A stretch of DNA of 64,000 nucleotides, taken from NCBI RefSeq assembly GCF_963921235.1, contig NC_086097.1, positions 29,266,001-29,330,000 on the forward strand, written 5' to 3'. Of this stretch, positions 26,529 to 37,585 are shown piece by piece. The notes beneath the pieces were generated by a model. The model was not told the DNA's origin. It ran no database searches and saw nothing but the letters and a program-made list of their open reading frames with translations. Origin of the DNA: Mobula hypostoma (Eukaryota). Position 1 is the first letter of the stretch, and every line of letters begins with the position of its first letter. Both the position numbers and the translations under genes were made by a program.

Positions 26529-29528
26529 TCAGAACCCAGCCTTCCCTCCATACCCCGTGACCCCTGTAGCCACAAGGGCCATATCTAACTTCCTTTTAAA
26601 CATAGCTAATGAACTGGCCTCAACAGTTTGCTGTGGCAGAGAATTCCACAGATTCACCACTCTCTGTGTGAAGAAGTTTTTCCTAACCTCGGTCCTAAAA
26701 GGCTTCCCCTCTATCCTCAAACTGTGACCCCTCGTTCTAGACCTCCCCAACATCGGGAACAATCTTCCCGCATCTAGCCTGTCCAATCCCTTTAGGATCT
26801 TATACGTTTCAATCAGATCCCCCCTCAATCTTCTAAATTCCAACGAGTACAAGCCCAGTTCATCCAGTCTTTCTTCATATGAAAGACCTGCCATCCCAGG
26901 AATCAATCTGGTGAACCTTCTTTGTACTCCCTCTATGGCAAGGATGTCTTTCCTCAGATTAGGGGACCAAAACTGCACACAATACTCCAGGTGTGGTCTC
27001 ACCAAGGCCTTGTACAACTGCAGTAGTACCTCCCTGCTCCTGTACTCGAATCCTCTCGCTATAAATGCCAGCATACCGTTCGCCTTTTTCACCGCCTGCT
27101 GTACCTGCATGCCCACTTTCAATGACTGGTGTATAATGACACCCAGGTCTCGTTGCACCTCCCCTTTTCCTAATCGGCCACCATTCAGATAATAATCTGT
27201 TTTCCTATTTTTGCCACCAAAGTGGATAACTTCACATTTATCCACATTAAATTGCATCTGCCATGAGTTTGCCCACTCACCCAACCTATCCAAGTCACCC
27301 TGCATCCTCTTAGCATCCTCCTCACTGCTAACACTGCCACCCAGCTTCGTGTCATCCGCAAACTTGGAGATGCTGCATTTAATTCCCTCATCCAAGTCAT
27401 TAATATATATTGTAAACAACTGGGGTCCCAGCACTGAGCCTTGCGGTACCCCACTAGTCACCGCCTGCCATTCTGAAAAGGTCCCGTTTATTCCCACTCT
27501 TTGCTTCCTGTCTGCTAACCAATTCTCCACCCACACCAATACCTTACCCCCAATACCATGTGCTTTAAGTTTGCACACTAATCTCCTGTGTGGGACCTTG
27601 TCAAAAGCCTTTTGAAAATCCAAATATACCACATCCACTGGTTCTCCCCTATCCACTCTACTAGTTACATCCTCAAAAAATTCTATGAGATTCGTCAGAC
27701 ATGATTTTCCTTTCACAAATCCATGCTGACTTTGTCCGATCATTTCACCGCTTTCCAAATGTGCTGTTATCACATCCTTGATAACTGACTCCAGCAGTTT
27801 CCCCACCACCGACGTTAGGCTAACCGGCCTATAATTCCCCGGTTTCTCTCTCCCTCCTTTTTTAAAAAGTGGGGTTACATTAGCCACCCTCCAATCCTCA
27901 GGAACTAGTCCAGAATCTAACGAGTTTTGAAAAATTATCACTAATGCATCCACTATTTCTTGGGCCACTTCCTTAAGCACTCTGGGATGCAGACCATCTG
28001 GCCCTGGGGATTTATCTGCCTTCAATCCCTTCAATTTACCTAACACCACTTCCCTACTAACATGTATTTCGCTCAGTTCCTCCATCTCACTGGACCCTCT
28101 GTCCCTTACTATTTCTGGAAGATTATTTATGTCCTCCTTAGTGAAGACAGAACCAAAGTAATTATTCAATTGGTCTGCCATGTCCTTGCTCCCCATAATC
28201 AATTCACCTGTTTCTGTTTGCAGGGGACCTACATTTGTCTTTATCAGTCTTTTCCTTTTTACATATCTATAAAAGCTTTTACAGTCCGTTTTTATGTTCT
28301 CTGCCAGTTTTCTCTCATAATCTTTTTTCCCCTTCCTAATTAAGCCCTTTGTCCTCCTCTGCTGAACTCTGAATTTCTCCCAGTCCTCAGGTGAGCCACT
28401 TTCTCTGGCTAATTTGTATGCTACTTCTTTGGAATTGATACTATCCCTAATTTCTCTTGTCAGCCACGGGTGCACTACCTTCCTTGATTTATTCTTTTGC
28501 CAAACTGGGATGAACAATTGTTGTAGTTCATCCATGCAACCTTTAAATGCCTGCCATTGCATATCCACCGTCAATCCTTGAAGTGTCATTTGCCAGTCTA
28601 TCTTAGCTAATTCATGTCTCATACCTTCAAAGTTACCCCTCTTTAAGTTCAGAACCTTTGTTTCTGAATTAACTACGTCACTCTCCATGTTAATGAAGAA
28701 TTCCACCATATTATGGTCACTCTTACCCAAGGGGCCTCTCACGACAAGATCGCTAATTAACCCTTCCTCATTGCTCAAAACCCAGTCCAGAATAGCCTGC
28801 TCTCTAGTCGGTTCCTCGACATGTTGGTTCAAAAAACCATCCCGCATACATTCCAAGAAATCCTCTTCCTCAGCACCTTTACCAATTTGGTTCACCCAGT
28901 CTACATGTAGATTGAAGTCACCCATTATAACTGCTGTTCCTTTATTGCACACATTTCTAATTTCCTGTTTAATACCATCTCCGACCTCACTACTACTGTT
29001 AGGTGGCCTGTACACAACTCCCAGCAGCGTCTTCTGCCCCTTAGTGTTACGCAGCTCTACCCATATCGATTCCACATCTTCCCGGCTTATGTCCTTCCTT
29101 TCTATTGCGTTAATCTCTTTTTTAACCAGCAACGCCACCCCACCTCCCCTTCCTTCGTGTCTATCCCTCCTGAATATTGAATATCCCTGAACGTTGAGCT
29201 CCCATCCCTGGTCACCCTGGAGCCATGTCTCTGTGATCCCAACTATATCATAATCATTAATAACAATCTGCACTTTCAATTCATCCACCTTATTACGAAT
29301 GCTCCTTGCATTGACACATAAAGCCTTCAGGCGCTCTTTTACAACTCTCTTAGCCCTTTTTAATGCTTGCCCTGGATTTGTCGGCCTGCCACTTTTACTT
29401 TTCCCCTTTGTACTTTTTGCTTCTACGCTCACTTTACACTCCTCTGTCTCTCTGCACTGGTTCCCATCCCTCTGTTGTGAACTAACCTCCTCACACCTAG
29501 CCGCTTTAATTTGATTCCCACCCCCCAA
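26529..29528 (-). CDS. CR1 ORF2: APE endonuclease plus reverse transcriptase (999 codons from TTG; first ATG at codon 202)
   Basis: APE motifs NARS, ITETW, YRPP, GDFN, SDH; RT motifs NYRPVSLTS, LDFQKAFD, GVPQGSVLGP, FADD. Confidence 0.97.
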   Translation of the reverse strand: MGGGNQIKAARCEEVSSQQRDGNQCRETEECKVSVEAKSTKGKSKSGRPTNPGQALKRAKRVVKERLKALCVNARSIRNKVDELKVQIVINDYDIVGITETWLQGDQGWELNVQGYSIFRRDRHEGRGGGVALLVKKEINAIERKDISREDVESIWVELRNTKGQKTLLGVVYRPPNSSSEVGDGIKQEIRNVCNKGTAVIMGDFNLHVDWVNQIGKGAEEEDFLECMRDGFLNQHVEEPTREQAILDWVLSNEEGLISDLVVRGPLGKSDHNMVEFFINMESDVVNSETKVLNLKRGNFEGMRHELAKIDWQMTLQGLTVDMQWQAFKGCMDELQQLFIPVWQKNKSRKVVHPWLTREIRDSINSKEVAYKLARESGSPEDWEKFRVQQRRTKGLIRKGKKDYERKLAENIKTDCKSFYRYVKRKRLIKTNVGPLQTETGELIMGSKDMADQLNNYFGSVFTKEDINNLPEIVRDRGSSEMEELSEIHVSREVVLGKLKGLKADKSPGPDGLHPRVLKEVAQEIVDALVIIFQNSLDSGLVPEDWRVANVTPLFKKGGREKPGNYRPVSLTSVVGKLLESVIKDVITAHLESGEMIGQSQHGFVKGKSCLTNLIEFFEDVTSRVDRGEPVDVVYLDFQKAFDKVPHRRLVCKLKAHGIGGKVLVWVENWLADRKQRVGINGTFSEWQAVTSGVPQGSVLGPQLFTIYINDLDEGIKCSISKFADDTKLGGSVSSEEDAKRMQGDLDRLGEWANSWQMQFNVDKCEVIHFGGKNRKTDYYLNGGRLGKGEVQRDLGVIIHQSLKVGMQVQQAVKKANGMLAFIARGFEYRSREVLLQLYKALVRPHLEYCVQFWSPNLRKDILAIEGVQRRFTRLIPGMAGLSYEERLDELGLYSLEFRRLRGDLIETYKILKGLDRLDAGRLFPMLGRSRTRGHSLRIEGKPFRTEVRKNFFTQRVVNLWNSLPQQTVEASSLAMFKRKLDMALVATGVTGYGGKAGF

Positions 29529-29533
29529 CCATT

Positions 29534-30469
29534 CTAGTTTAAAGTCACCTCAGTAGCCCCCGCTAATCTCCCTGCCAGGATATTGGTCCCCCTAGGATTT
29601 AAGTGTAACCCGTCCTTTTTGTACAGGTCACACCTACGCCAAAAGAGGTCCCAATGATCCAAAAACTTGAATCCCTGCCCCCTGCTCCAATCCCTCAGCC
29701 ACGCATTTATCCTCCACCTCATCGCATTCCTACTCTCACTGTCGCGTGGCACAGGCAGTAATCCCGAGATTACTACCTTTGCGGTCCTTTTTCTCAACTC
29801 CCTTCCTAGCTCCCTATATTCTTCTTTCAGGACCTCATCCCTTTTCCTACCTATGTCATTGGTACCTATATGTACCAGGACCTCTGGCTCTTCACCCTCC
29901 CACTTCAGGATATCTTGGACACGATCAGAAATATCCCGGACCCTGGCACCAGGGAGGCAAACTACCATCCGAGTCTCTGGACTGCGTCCACAGAATCGCC
30001 TATCTGACCCCCTTACTATCGAGTCCCCTATCACAACGGCCCTCCTCTTCCTTGCCCTACCCTTCTGAGCTACAGGGCCAGACTCTGTGCCGGAGGCAGG
30101 GCCACTGTCGCTTCCCCCGGGTAAGCTGTCCCCCCCAACAGTACTCAAACAGGAGTACCTGTTGTTAAGGGGCACAGCCGCCGGGGTACTCCTCATCACC
30201 TGCCTTTTCCCCTTCCCTCTCCTAACCGTGACCCACTTGTCTGCCTCCCGTGGCCCCGGCGTGACCACCTGCCTTCCACTCCTCTCTATCACCTCCTCGC
30301 TCTCCCTGACCAGACGAAGGTCATCGAGCTGCAGCTCCAGTTCCGTAACGCGGTCCCTTAGGAGCTGCATCTCGATGCACTTGGCGCAGATGTAGACGTC
30401 CGGGAGGCTTGGAGACTCCAGGGCCTCCCACATCCGACACCGAGAACAGCAAACTGCCCTCACAGTCAT
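29534..30469 (-). CDS. CR1 ORF1: zinc-finger/leucine zipper plus SGNH (GDSL) esterase domain, 311 aa from ATG at 30469
   Basis: CSRC...CAKC, heptad LRDRVTELELQLDDL, GDS, GTND and DGLH blocks. Confidence 0.93.
   Translation of the reverse strand: MTVRAVCCSRCRMWEALESPSLPDVYICAKCIEMQLLRDRVTELELQLDDLRLVRESEEVIERSGRQVVTPGPREADKWVTVRRGKGKRQVMRSTPAAVPLNNRYSCLSTVGGDSLPGGSDSGPASGTESGPVAQKGRARKRRAVVIGDSIVRGSDRRFCGRSPETRMVVCLPGARVRDISDRVQDILKWEGEEPEVLVHIGTNDIGRKRDEVLKEEYRELGRELRKRTAKVVISGLLPVPRDSESRNAMRWRINAWLRDWSRGQGFKFLDHWDLFWRRCDLYKKDGLHLNPRGTNILAGRLAGATEVTLN
29537..29543 (-). other. Candidate -1 programmed ribosomal frameshift heptamer U_UUA_AAC
   Basis: ORF1 ends acT TTA AAC TAG; ORF2 is in the -1 frame and is open only from 29549 (TGA at 29552-29550). 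Confidence 0.7.
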
Positions 30470-30631
30470 AATGCCCCTCTCCTCAAATAGCAACAGAAAA
30501 TGAATGTCAAACCTTCCTCGCCTCGCCCGCTTCCGCCTAAGCCCGTTGAGCCGAAGCCCTTAAGTCTTCACTCTGCTCCCGGCTCACTCCGCCGCCCGCA
30601 AACTACGCTGCCCGCTCTATGAGGCTTTGTT

Positions 30632-31239
30632 CCTTTTAAATCTGCCGCGCTGCACTGCCCGACGTCACACGCCTGCGCAGTCCCGCCTCTCAGAAAGCCG
30701 TTGGAGAAAAAAAAATAACGAAAATTTCAAAAATCTCTTTCTCGGCACTCCCACTCAGACTCTCAGACTCCTTCTTCGAATCAAATCCGAAGCAGGATGT
30801 CTGCCCTTTTAAATCTGCCGCGCTGCACTGCCCGACGTCACACGCCTGCGCAGTCCCGCCTCTCAGAAAGCCGTTGGAGAAAAAAAAATAACGAAAATTT
30901 CAAAAATCTCTTTCTCGGCACTCCCACTCAGACTCTCAGACTCCTTCTTCGAATCAAATCCGAAGCAGGATGTCTGCCCTTTTAAATCTGCCGCGCTGCA
31001 CTGCCCGACGTCACACGCCTGCGCAGTCCCGCCTCTCAGAAAGCCGTTGGAGAAAAAAAAATAACGAAAATTTCAAAAATCTCTTTCTCGGCACTCCCAC
31101 TCAGACTCTCAGACTCCTTCTTCGAATCAAATCCGAAGCAGGATGTCTGCCCTTTTAAATCTGCCACGCTGCACTGCCCGACGTCACACGCCTGCGCAGT
31201 CCCGCCTCTCAGAAAGCCGTTGGAGAAAAAAAAATAACG
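30632..31239 (-). promoter_or_regulatory. ~3.5 tandem 173-bp CpG-rich 5' monomers, putative internal promoter array
   Basis: Units start at 30632, 30805, 30978, 31151; one substitution noticed (31166); each carries, on minus, GAGGCGGG, TGCGCAGGCGTG, TGACGTC and ATTTAAAAG. Confidence 0.85.
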
Positions 31240-33482
31240 TCGCGGTTGCCGTCACACCTAGAGGGAGAAAAGTGGGCAGTCAGCAAGCGACTGCCCTTGT
31301 TCGTGTCTCAGAGTCAGATTCAGATTAGTTTGTTGTCATGTAGGATTCAAGATTCAAATTTATTTATCACTGATCATCTTTGTTCGCTGTGTCCTGCTGA
31401 GGGGTTTCAGCCCGAAATGTTGACTGTTTTTCTTTTCCATAGATGTTGCCTGGCCTGCTGAGTTCCTCCAGCATTTTGTGCGTGTTGTTTGTTTGCCATA
31501 TACATTTGCATGTACTAGGAATTTGCTTTTGGTAAGGGCATGACATTCAACAAAAAACAGAACTACCACTCCCTTTATGTTTTTAAACTCTCGCACCATT
31601 CTCTGTAAACTCCAGAGACAGTTGTGTGTGAAAATCTCAGGAGGTTACCAGTTTCTGAGATACTCAAACCACCCCATCTGGCACCAACAATCATTTCACA
31701 GTCAAAGTCACTTAGATCACATTTCTTCCCCATTCTGATGTTTGGCCTGAACAGCAGATGAGCCCCTTGACCATGTCTGCATGCTTTTATGAAAAAGGAA
31801 ATGCTAAGATGATAATAAGGGGGTAGGTTTAAGAGTCCAAGAATGTGGCCAGATATTCTAATGAAGTATAGCTGCTGGCATCGCCTACTTCATGATTTCA
31901 TCAACATGTTGACCCCAGGATATTCTGGTCCCTCGAACAGGGCACAGGACATTCTGAAAGGGGAGAGAATATGCTATAGGTTGTGCTCGACTACGGTTCT
32001 AACATAGAAGACAAGAATAACACAACATACTGTAGGAGATATAAAGACAATGTAGGAGATTGTATTTCTTTGTTTGGTGAATTTATTTAGAGCTACAGTG
32101 TGGAATAGGTCCGTCTGGCCCTATGAGCCACACTGCCCAGCAACCCGGACAACCCCAGATTTAACCCTAATCTAATCACGGGATGACTTACAACGACCAA
32201 TTAATCTACCCGGTACATCTTTGGACTGCGGCAGGAAACCAGAGCACCCAGGGAGAACCCCACGCATTCCACCAGGGGGACATACAAACTCCTTACAACG
32301 GACGCCGAGACTGAACTCTGAACTCCGACGCCCTGAGCTGCAATAGCCCTGCTAACCACGACACTACCGTGGCACCTGTGAATGCCTGCAAGAAAGTGAA
32401 TCGCAGGGTAGCATATGGTGGCAATTTGCTTTGAACTTTGAAGGTCCTACAGAGAGAGTTTGTGGAGTTAGGCAGGAAGTTAAAAAGCAGGATATCAAGG
32501 GTTGTAATTTTGGGTGTACTTTTTGTGCCATGTGCTGGTAAGGTAAGAAGTGGTGAGATATTACATTTAAATGTGGAATTGAAACTGGAGTTAGTTTATT
32601 ACTGTTGCATGTACCTAGGGACACTGTAAACCCTAGTTTTGCATGCCATCCTCACAGATTATTGCAAACGTAAATATATTGAGGTAGTACAAGGGGAAAC
32701 AATGAGAGAATGCAGAATATAGTGTTACCGTCACAGAGGAAGGGCAGTGCAGGGAGAGGGGAGAGGGGAGAGTGTCTGGAGTGGGATGGGGCTGCTCTCG
32801 AGCCTGGTGTCTCTTCTCCCAGAACATACTACAGACCCTGCCCTCCCCTCCAGAAGCTGCTGGACAAGGCTTCCCTGGTCCAGTTGTTCTGATCAGGCAG
32901 CCAAAGAGTGACCCCAGATACAGACCATAAGACAAAGGAGCAGAATTAGGCCACTTGGCCCATCATATCTGCTTCTCCATTCCATCATGGTTGATTTATT
33001 ATTCCCCTCAACCCCATTCTCATGCCTTCTCCCAATAACCATTAATGCCCTTACAGATCAGAAACCTAACATCTCCCATTTTAAATACACCTTGGCCTCC
33101 AGAGTCATTTGTGGGCATAAATTCCACAGATTCACCACCCTCTGGCTAAAGAAATTCCTCCTCAACCCTGATCTGAAGGGGCATCCTTGTATTCTGATAG
33201 TGGCTGCAGAAACATATCAGAAACATCCTCTCCTCACCCGCTTTTCAATATTTCATAAGCTTCAGTGAAATCCCCCCTCATTCTTCTGAGCTCCAGCAAG
33301 AACAGGTTCAGAGCTATCAAATGCTCCTCACAGTTAACCTTTTGATTTCCCGAGATCATTCTCTTGAAAATTCTTTGGACCCTCTCCAACACCAGCACAT
33401 TAGGTAAGAGGTCCAACACTGCTCACAATATTCCAAGTGTGGTCTGACCAATACCCTAGAATGCCTCAGCATTACATCCTTG

Positions 33483-34927
33483 TGTTGCGTATTTAATGTT
33501 TCAGTAATATTTGAGTAATCTTGTGTCTATATTGGTTGATTTCAGCATTCTTGTACCTTCAAATAATTCATTATTGGTCATCCGTATAAACACGTGAACT
33601 GCATACTGCCACATGTGGTAAAAACAGGCGGGCCAGCATTGTGGGGATGTGAGTGGCTGAAACAAATACAACTTGATTGGAGATCCATCCACTATTTGCA
33701 TGCCACATACCCTGCATGAAGCCAACCGAAAGCCAATTAAGAAAGCTACTGGATGATGCCACAACTGTCTCTACGCCAAACAGCATGAACCATTTCCCAA
33801 CAGAGGACAAACAGGTGTGGGTGCCGACCTCTGCGCATCTGGTTGGAAAGCATATTGGACCAAGGAAGGAGCATGCTGCTTAGAGGAATTGTGGAAGAGA
33901 TGAATGCAATGGTTAAACTGGAACAGTTTTTGTCGGCAACGTATCTGAGATAGCTTCTGATATTTTTAAGCAGGCAGTTACTTATGAAATGTGGTTTGGT
34001 TTTAAGCTGGAAGAGAGTTCAAGGATCTTCTGGAAAGATACAAGCATTCTGCTTTTGCAAATTTAAAGAACCAGAATCTACTCTGCGTGCATTAAGGTTA
34101 TTGCATGAACTTCAGGTGGGAGATAAAAAAGCTGCTTGTAAAAGTAGATGCAAAGACGAAAGCCCAGCTGGATGAATGGAAGGTCAGCAAGGAGACAATG
34201 GAGACACAAAAACCAAGGATTCATCAGATGATGTTGTGGATGAGGAAACCAAGAGGAGAGAATAGATCATAAAGGGAGCAATAGAAGGATCAGTAAGAGA
34301 ATATTTCAGTGGACTAAATGGACCTTCCCAAGATAAAGATGCACAAAGCGGAAGAAAGGTGAAAAAGAAAGGTGGCTACCACTGTCAGAACCAGTTCCTG
34401 CAGTCCCAGAGTCAACTCCTACAACCACCATGGGGGAGGCTCCAGAACCCGAGATTGTTTTACAGCCTCAGGTCTCACCTGCCAAGCAGAGTGATTCCCC
34501 CTCATCAGGAAAGGTGCAATCCCACAAGAGTAAGAAATCCTCCACGGCAATTAAATCGTTAGGCTGAATGGGACAATTTAAAGTTTACAATGCTGTACAG
34601 TGGCTGTATTATATAATGTACTGTGTATGTAGTTGATGTGCATTCTCTATTGAGTTGGAGTTCATAGCTAATCAGGGAGGAGTGTCGTGTATTTAATATT
34701 TCAGTAGTATTTGAGTAATCGTGTGTGGTGTGTATATTAGTTGATTTAAGGTATTCTTGTTCCTTTAAATAATTCATTATATGTATAAATATAACTTTAT
34801 ACATCGTCATGCTACTGCATGATACGTGCGCACCTCATTTAATGTAAACCCATAGTTGGACTCACATTTAGGACTCCCATACCTTCATTTGAATTAGTTT
34901 AATGTTCTGAAGGTGCAAAACATAACA
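33483..34927 (+). mobile_element. Non-autonomous Gypsy-type LTR element carrying host cDNA
   Basis: TG...CA ends; 5' LTR portion 33483-~33610 similar to 3' LTR 34683-34927; polypurine tract AGGGAGGAG before 34683; TSD CCTTG/CCCTG; pol C-terminal remnant ...ERCNPTRVRNPPRQLNR*. Confidence 0.85.
33815..34372 (+). pseudogene. RBM25: Intronless RBM25 retrocopy fragment (RRM and flanks), with stops and two frameshifts
   Basis: VWVPTSAHLVGKHIGPRKEH...TVFVGNVSEIASD / RQLLMKCGLVLSWKRVQGSSGKIQAFCFCKFKEPESTLRALRLLHELQVGDK / KLLVKVDAKTKAQLDEWK...DEETKRRE*IIKGAIE matches recalled vertebrate RBM25. Confidence 0.92.
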
Positions 34928-35789
34928 CCCTGCTTTTATATTCCAGACATCTCAAAATGAATGCTAACATTGCATTTGCCTTCCTTCCCACCAATTCAAC
35001 CTGCAAGTAAACCTTTAGGGAATCCTGTGCAAGAATTCCCAAGTTCCTTTGTACCTCTGACTTATGAAGTTGTTCCCCATTTAGAAAATAGCCTACACCT
35101 TTATTCCTTCTACCAAAGTGCCTGACCATATACTTCCCTACACTGTATTCCTTCAGTGCCAATATAACATGCTGCGACGCACTGACCCTGGCTGAAGACT
35201 GGCCTTCTGTACTAGTCTAAATTGTCAACTTCAGAGGGAGTAGGCCGAGGGAATAAAGTGTTTTGTGAGGTTGGTTATGGTGCCAATCACCTCCTGCCTC
35301 AGAAATCCTCTTGCGTAGAGCAGTTGCTGTACCAAGCCATGATGCATCTGGATAGGGTTGATAAAAGTTGGTCAGGGTCGACAGGGACTTGCCAAGTTTG
35401 GTATCACTGGCTGTCCATTCAGTTCTGGATCACCTGGACAACAGTAATGTGTAGGTCAGCCTGCTCTTTATCAACCACAGCCTGGCGTTCGGCACTATCC
35501 TTCTCTCCAAACTTAACATCAAGCTCCAAGGCCTGGAGCTCTGTTCCACCCTCTGCAAATGGATCCCCAACTTCTTCATCAGCAGACCCCAATCAATCCG
35601 AATTGGTCACAACATCTGCTCCACAGTGGTAATCAACACTCATAATCAACAAAAGCTAAAGAAAGTTGGCATGTCTCCTTTAACCCTCTTCAATTTTTAC
35701 CAGTGCACTGTAGAAAGCATCCTATCCCGATGTATCACAGCTCGGTACAGCAAATGACCAAAGAAACTGAAAAGACTTGTACAGTCCTA

Positions 35790-36680
35790 AGATAGCGTTG
35801 AGGTGTGGTCGGAGGGTAGTGTTGAGGTGCCGTCGGACGGTAGGGTTGAGGTGCGGTCGGACGGTAGGGTTGAGGTGTGGCTGGAGGGTAGCTCTGAGGT
35901 GCAGTTGGAGGGTAGCGTTGAAGTTCAGTCAGAGGGTAGCGTTAAGGTGTGGTCGGAGGGTAGTGTTGAGGTGCCGTCGGACGGTAGGGTTGAGGTGTGG
36001 CTGGAGGGTAGCTCTGAGGTGCGGTCGGAGGGTAGCGTTGAAGTTCAGTCGGAGGGTAGTGTTAAGGTGCGGTCAGAGGGTAGCGTTAAGGTGCGGTCGG
36101 AGGGTAGTGTTGAGGTGCCGTTGGACGGTAGGGTTAAGGTGCAGTCGGAGGGTAGTGTTGAGGTGTGGTCAGAGGGTAGCATTAAGGTGCGGTTGGAGGG
36201 TAGCTTTGAGGTTCAGTCAGAGGGTAGTGTTAAGGTGCGGTTGGAGGGTAGCGTTAAGGTGCAGTCGGAGGGTAATGTTGAGGTGCTGTCGGACGGTAGG
36301 GTTGAGATGCGGTCGGAGGGTAGCGTTAAGGTGCGGTCGGAGGGTAGCGTTAAGCTGCGGTCGGACCATAGGGTTGAGGTGCGGTCGGACCGTAGGGTTG
36401 AGGTGCGGTCAGAGGGTATCGTTAAGGTACGGTCGGAGGGTAGTGTTAAGATGCGGTCAGAGGGTAGCGTTAGGGTGCAGTCGGATGGTAGGGTTGAGGT
36501 GCGGTCAGAGGGTAGTGTTAAGGTGCGGTCGAAGGGTAGCATTAAGGTGTGGCCGGGGGAAGGGTAGCATTAATGTACGTTGGAGGGTAGTGTTAGGGTG
36601 CAATTGGAGGGCAGGATTAAGGTGTGGATGGAGGGCAGGTTTAAAAGGTGTGGTCAGTGGATGGTGTTAAGGTGTGGTTA
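35790..36680. repeat. 24-bp minisatellite (GGAGGGTAGCGTTAAGGTGCGGTC), ~35 copies
   Basis: Direct reading; 8-aa periodic ORFs. Confidence 0.95.
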
Positions 36681-36769
36681 CAGGCTGTGTCTGAGGGGAC
36701 ACTTTTCCACCCTAATTTGCCTCAAGACAGCAAGCACCTCCTTTTCTGTTGTCTAGATATGAACCCTCA

Positions 36770-37585
36770 CCTACTCAGGGTATTGACAGAATGCAAAGCT
36801 GGGCTGAGAAGTGGCAGATGCAGTCCAACTCAGAAAAGTGCAAAGTGATTCACTTTGGAAGGTTGAATTTGAAGGCAGAATACAGGGTTAATGGCAGGAT
36901 TCCTGGCGGTGTGGAGGAACAGAGGGATCATAGGGTCCATGTCCACAGGTTCCTCAGAATTGCTGCCCAGGTTGATATGTTGGCAATGAAAGTGCATGGT
37001 GTGTTGTCTTTCATTAATTGGAGGATTAAATTCAATAGCTGCAACTCTATAAAATTCCGGTTAGACCACACTTGGAGTATTGTGTTCACTTCTGGTCACC
37101 TCATTATAAGGGGGGTGTTGAAGCTTTAGAGAGGGTGCAGAGGAGGCTTACCAGAATGCTGCCTGGGTCCAAGAGCATGTCCTATGAGGATAGGTTGGGC
37201 GAGTTAGGGCTTTTCTCTTTGGAGCAAAGGAGGATGAGAGGTGACCTGATAGAGCTGTACAAGTTAATAAGAGGCATTGATAGGATGGACAGCCAGAGAC
37301 TTTTCCCCAAGGAGAAAATAGCTAACACAAGAGGGCATAACTTTAAGGTGTGTGGTGGAAATTTGAGATGGGTTTCTTCCATAGTGGTGTGGTGCTGTCA
37401 GTGGTGGTTGGAGAGGTAGATACATTATGGACATTTAAGGGACTCTTAGACATGCACATGGATGGAAGTTAAATTGAGGGCTATGTAGAAGGGAAAGAAT
37501 AGTTTGATCTTAGAGTGTGTTAAAGGATCAATACAACCTTGTGGGCCAAAGGACCTGTATTGAGCTATACTGTTGTATGTTCTAC
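36770..37585 (+). mobile_element. CR1 3' fragment
   Basis: WAEKWQMQ, EYCVHFWSPHY, LERVQRRLTRM; 3' stem-loop and tail. Confidence 0.85.

Larger units (their letters stand above)
26429..31239 (-). mobile_element. Full-length, apparently intact CR1-clade LINE
   Basis: Two uninterrupted ORFs; 3' stem-loop (GGTGCAGG...CCTGCACC enclosing GGCC-GAAT-GGCC); (TTTCTATG)n 8-nt tail at ~26429-26455; 5' tandem monomers. Confidence 0.97.
32922..35155 (-). mobile_element. Degraded CR1 3' fragment split by the LTR element
   Basis: CR1 sequence ...AGCATTACATCCTTG stops at 33482 and resumes CTTTTATATTCC at 34933. Confidence 0.8.

Noticed and set aside
26911..30395. Plus-strand ORFs opposite the CR1 ORFs
   Set aside because: Antisense shadows of the LINE coding sequence with no independent support.
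26410..31260. Target-site duplication for the full-length CR1
   Set aside because: Flanks (CCTTTGTT versus TCGCGGTTG) share no direct repeat; none claimed.
30627..31328. Four repeated ~62-aa ORFs
   Set aside because: Translations of the 173-bp monomers on the non-coding strand.
35777..36670. 297-aa and 254-aa ORFs
   Set aside because: Stop-free frames of a 24-bp minisatellite lying between LINE fragments; no domain or splice support.
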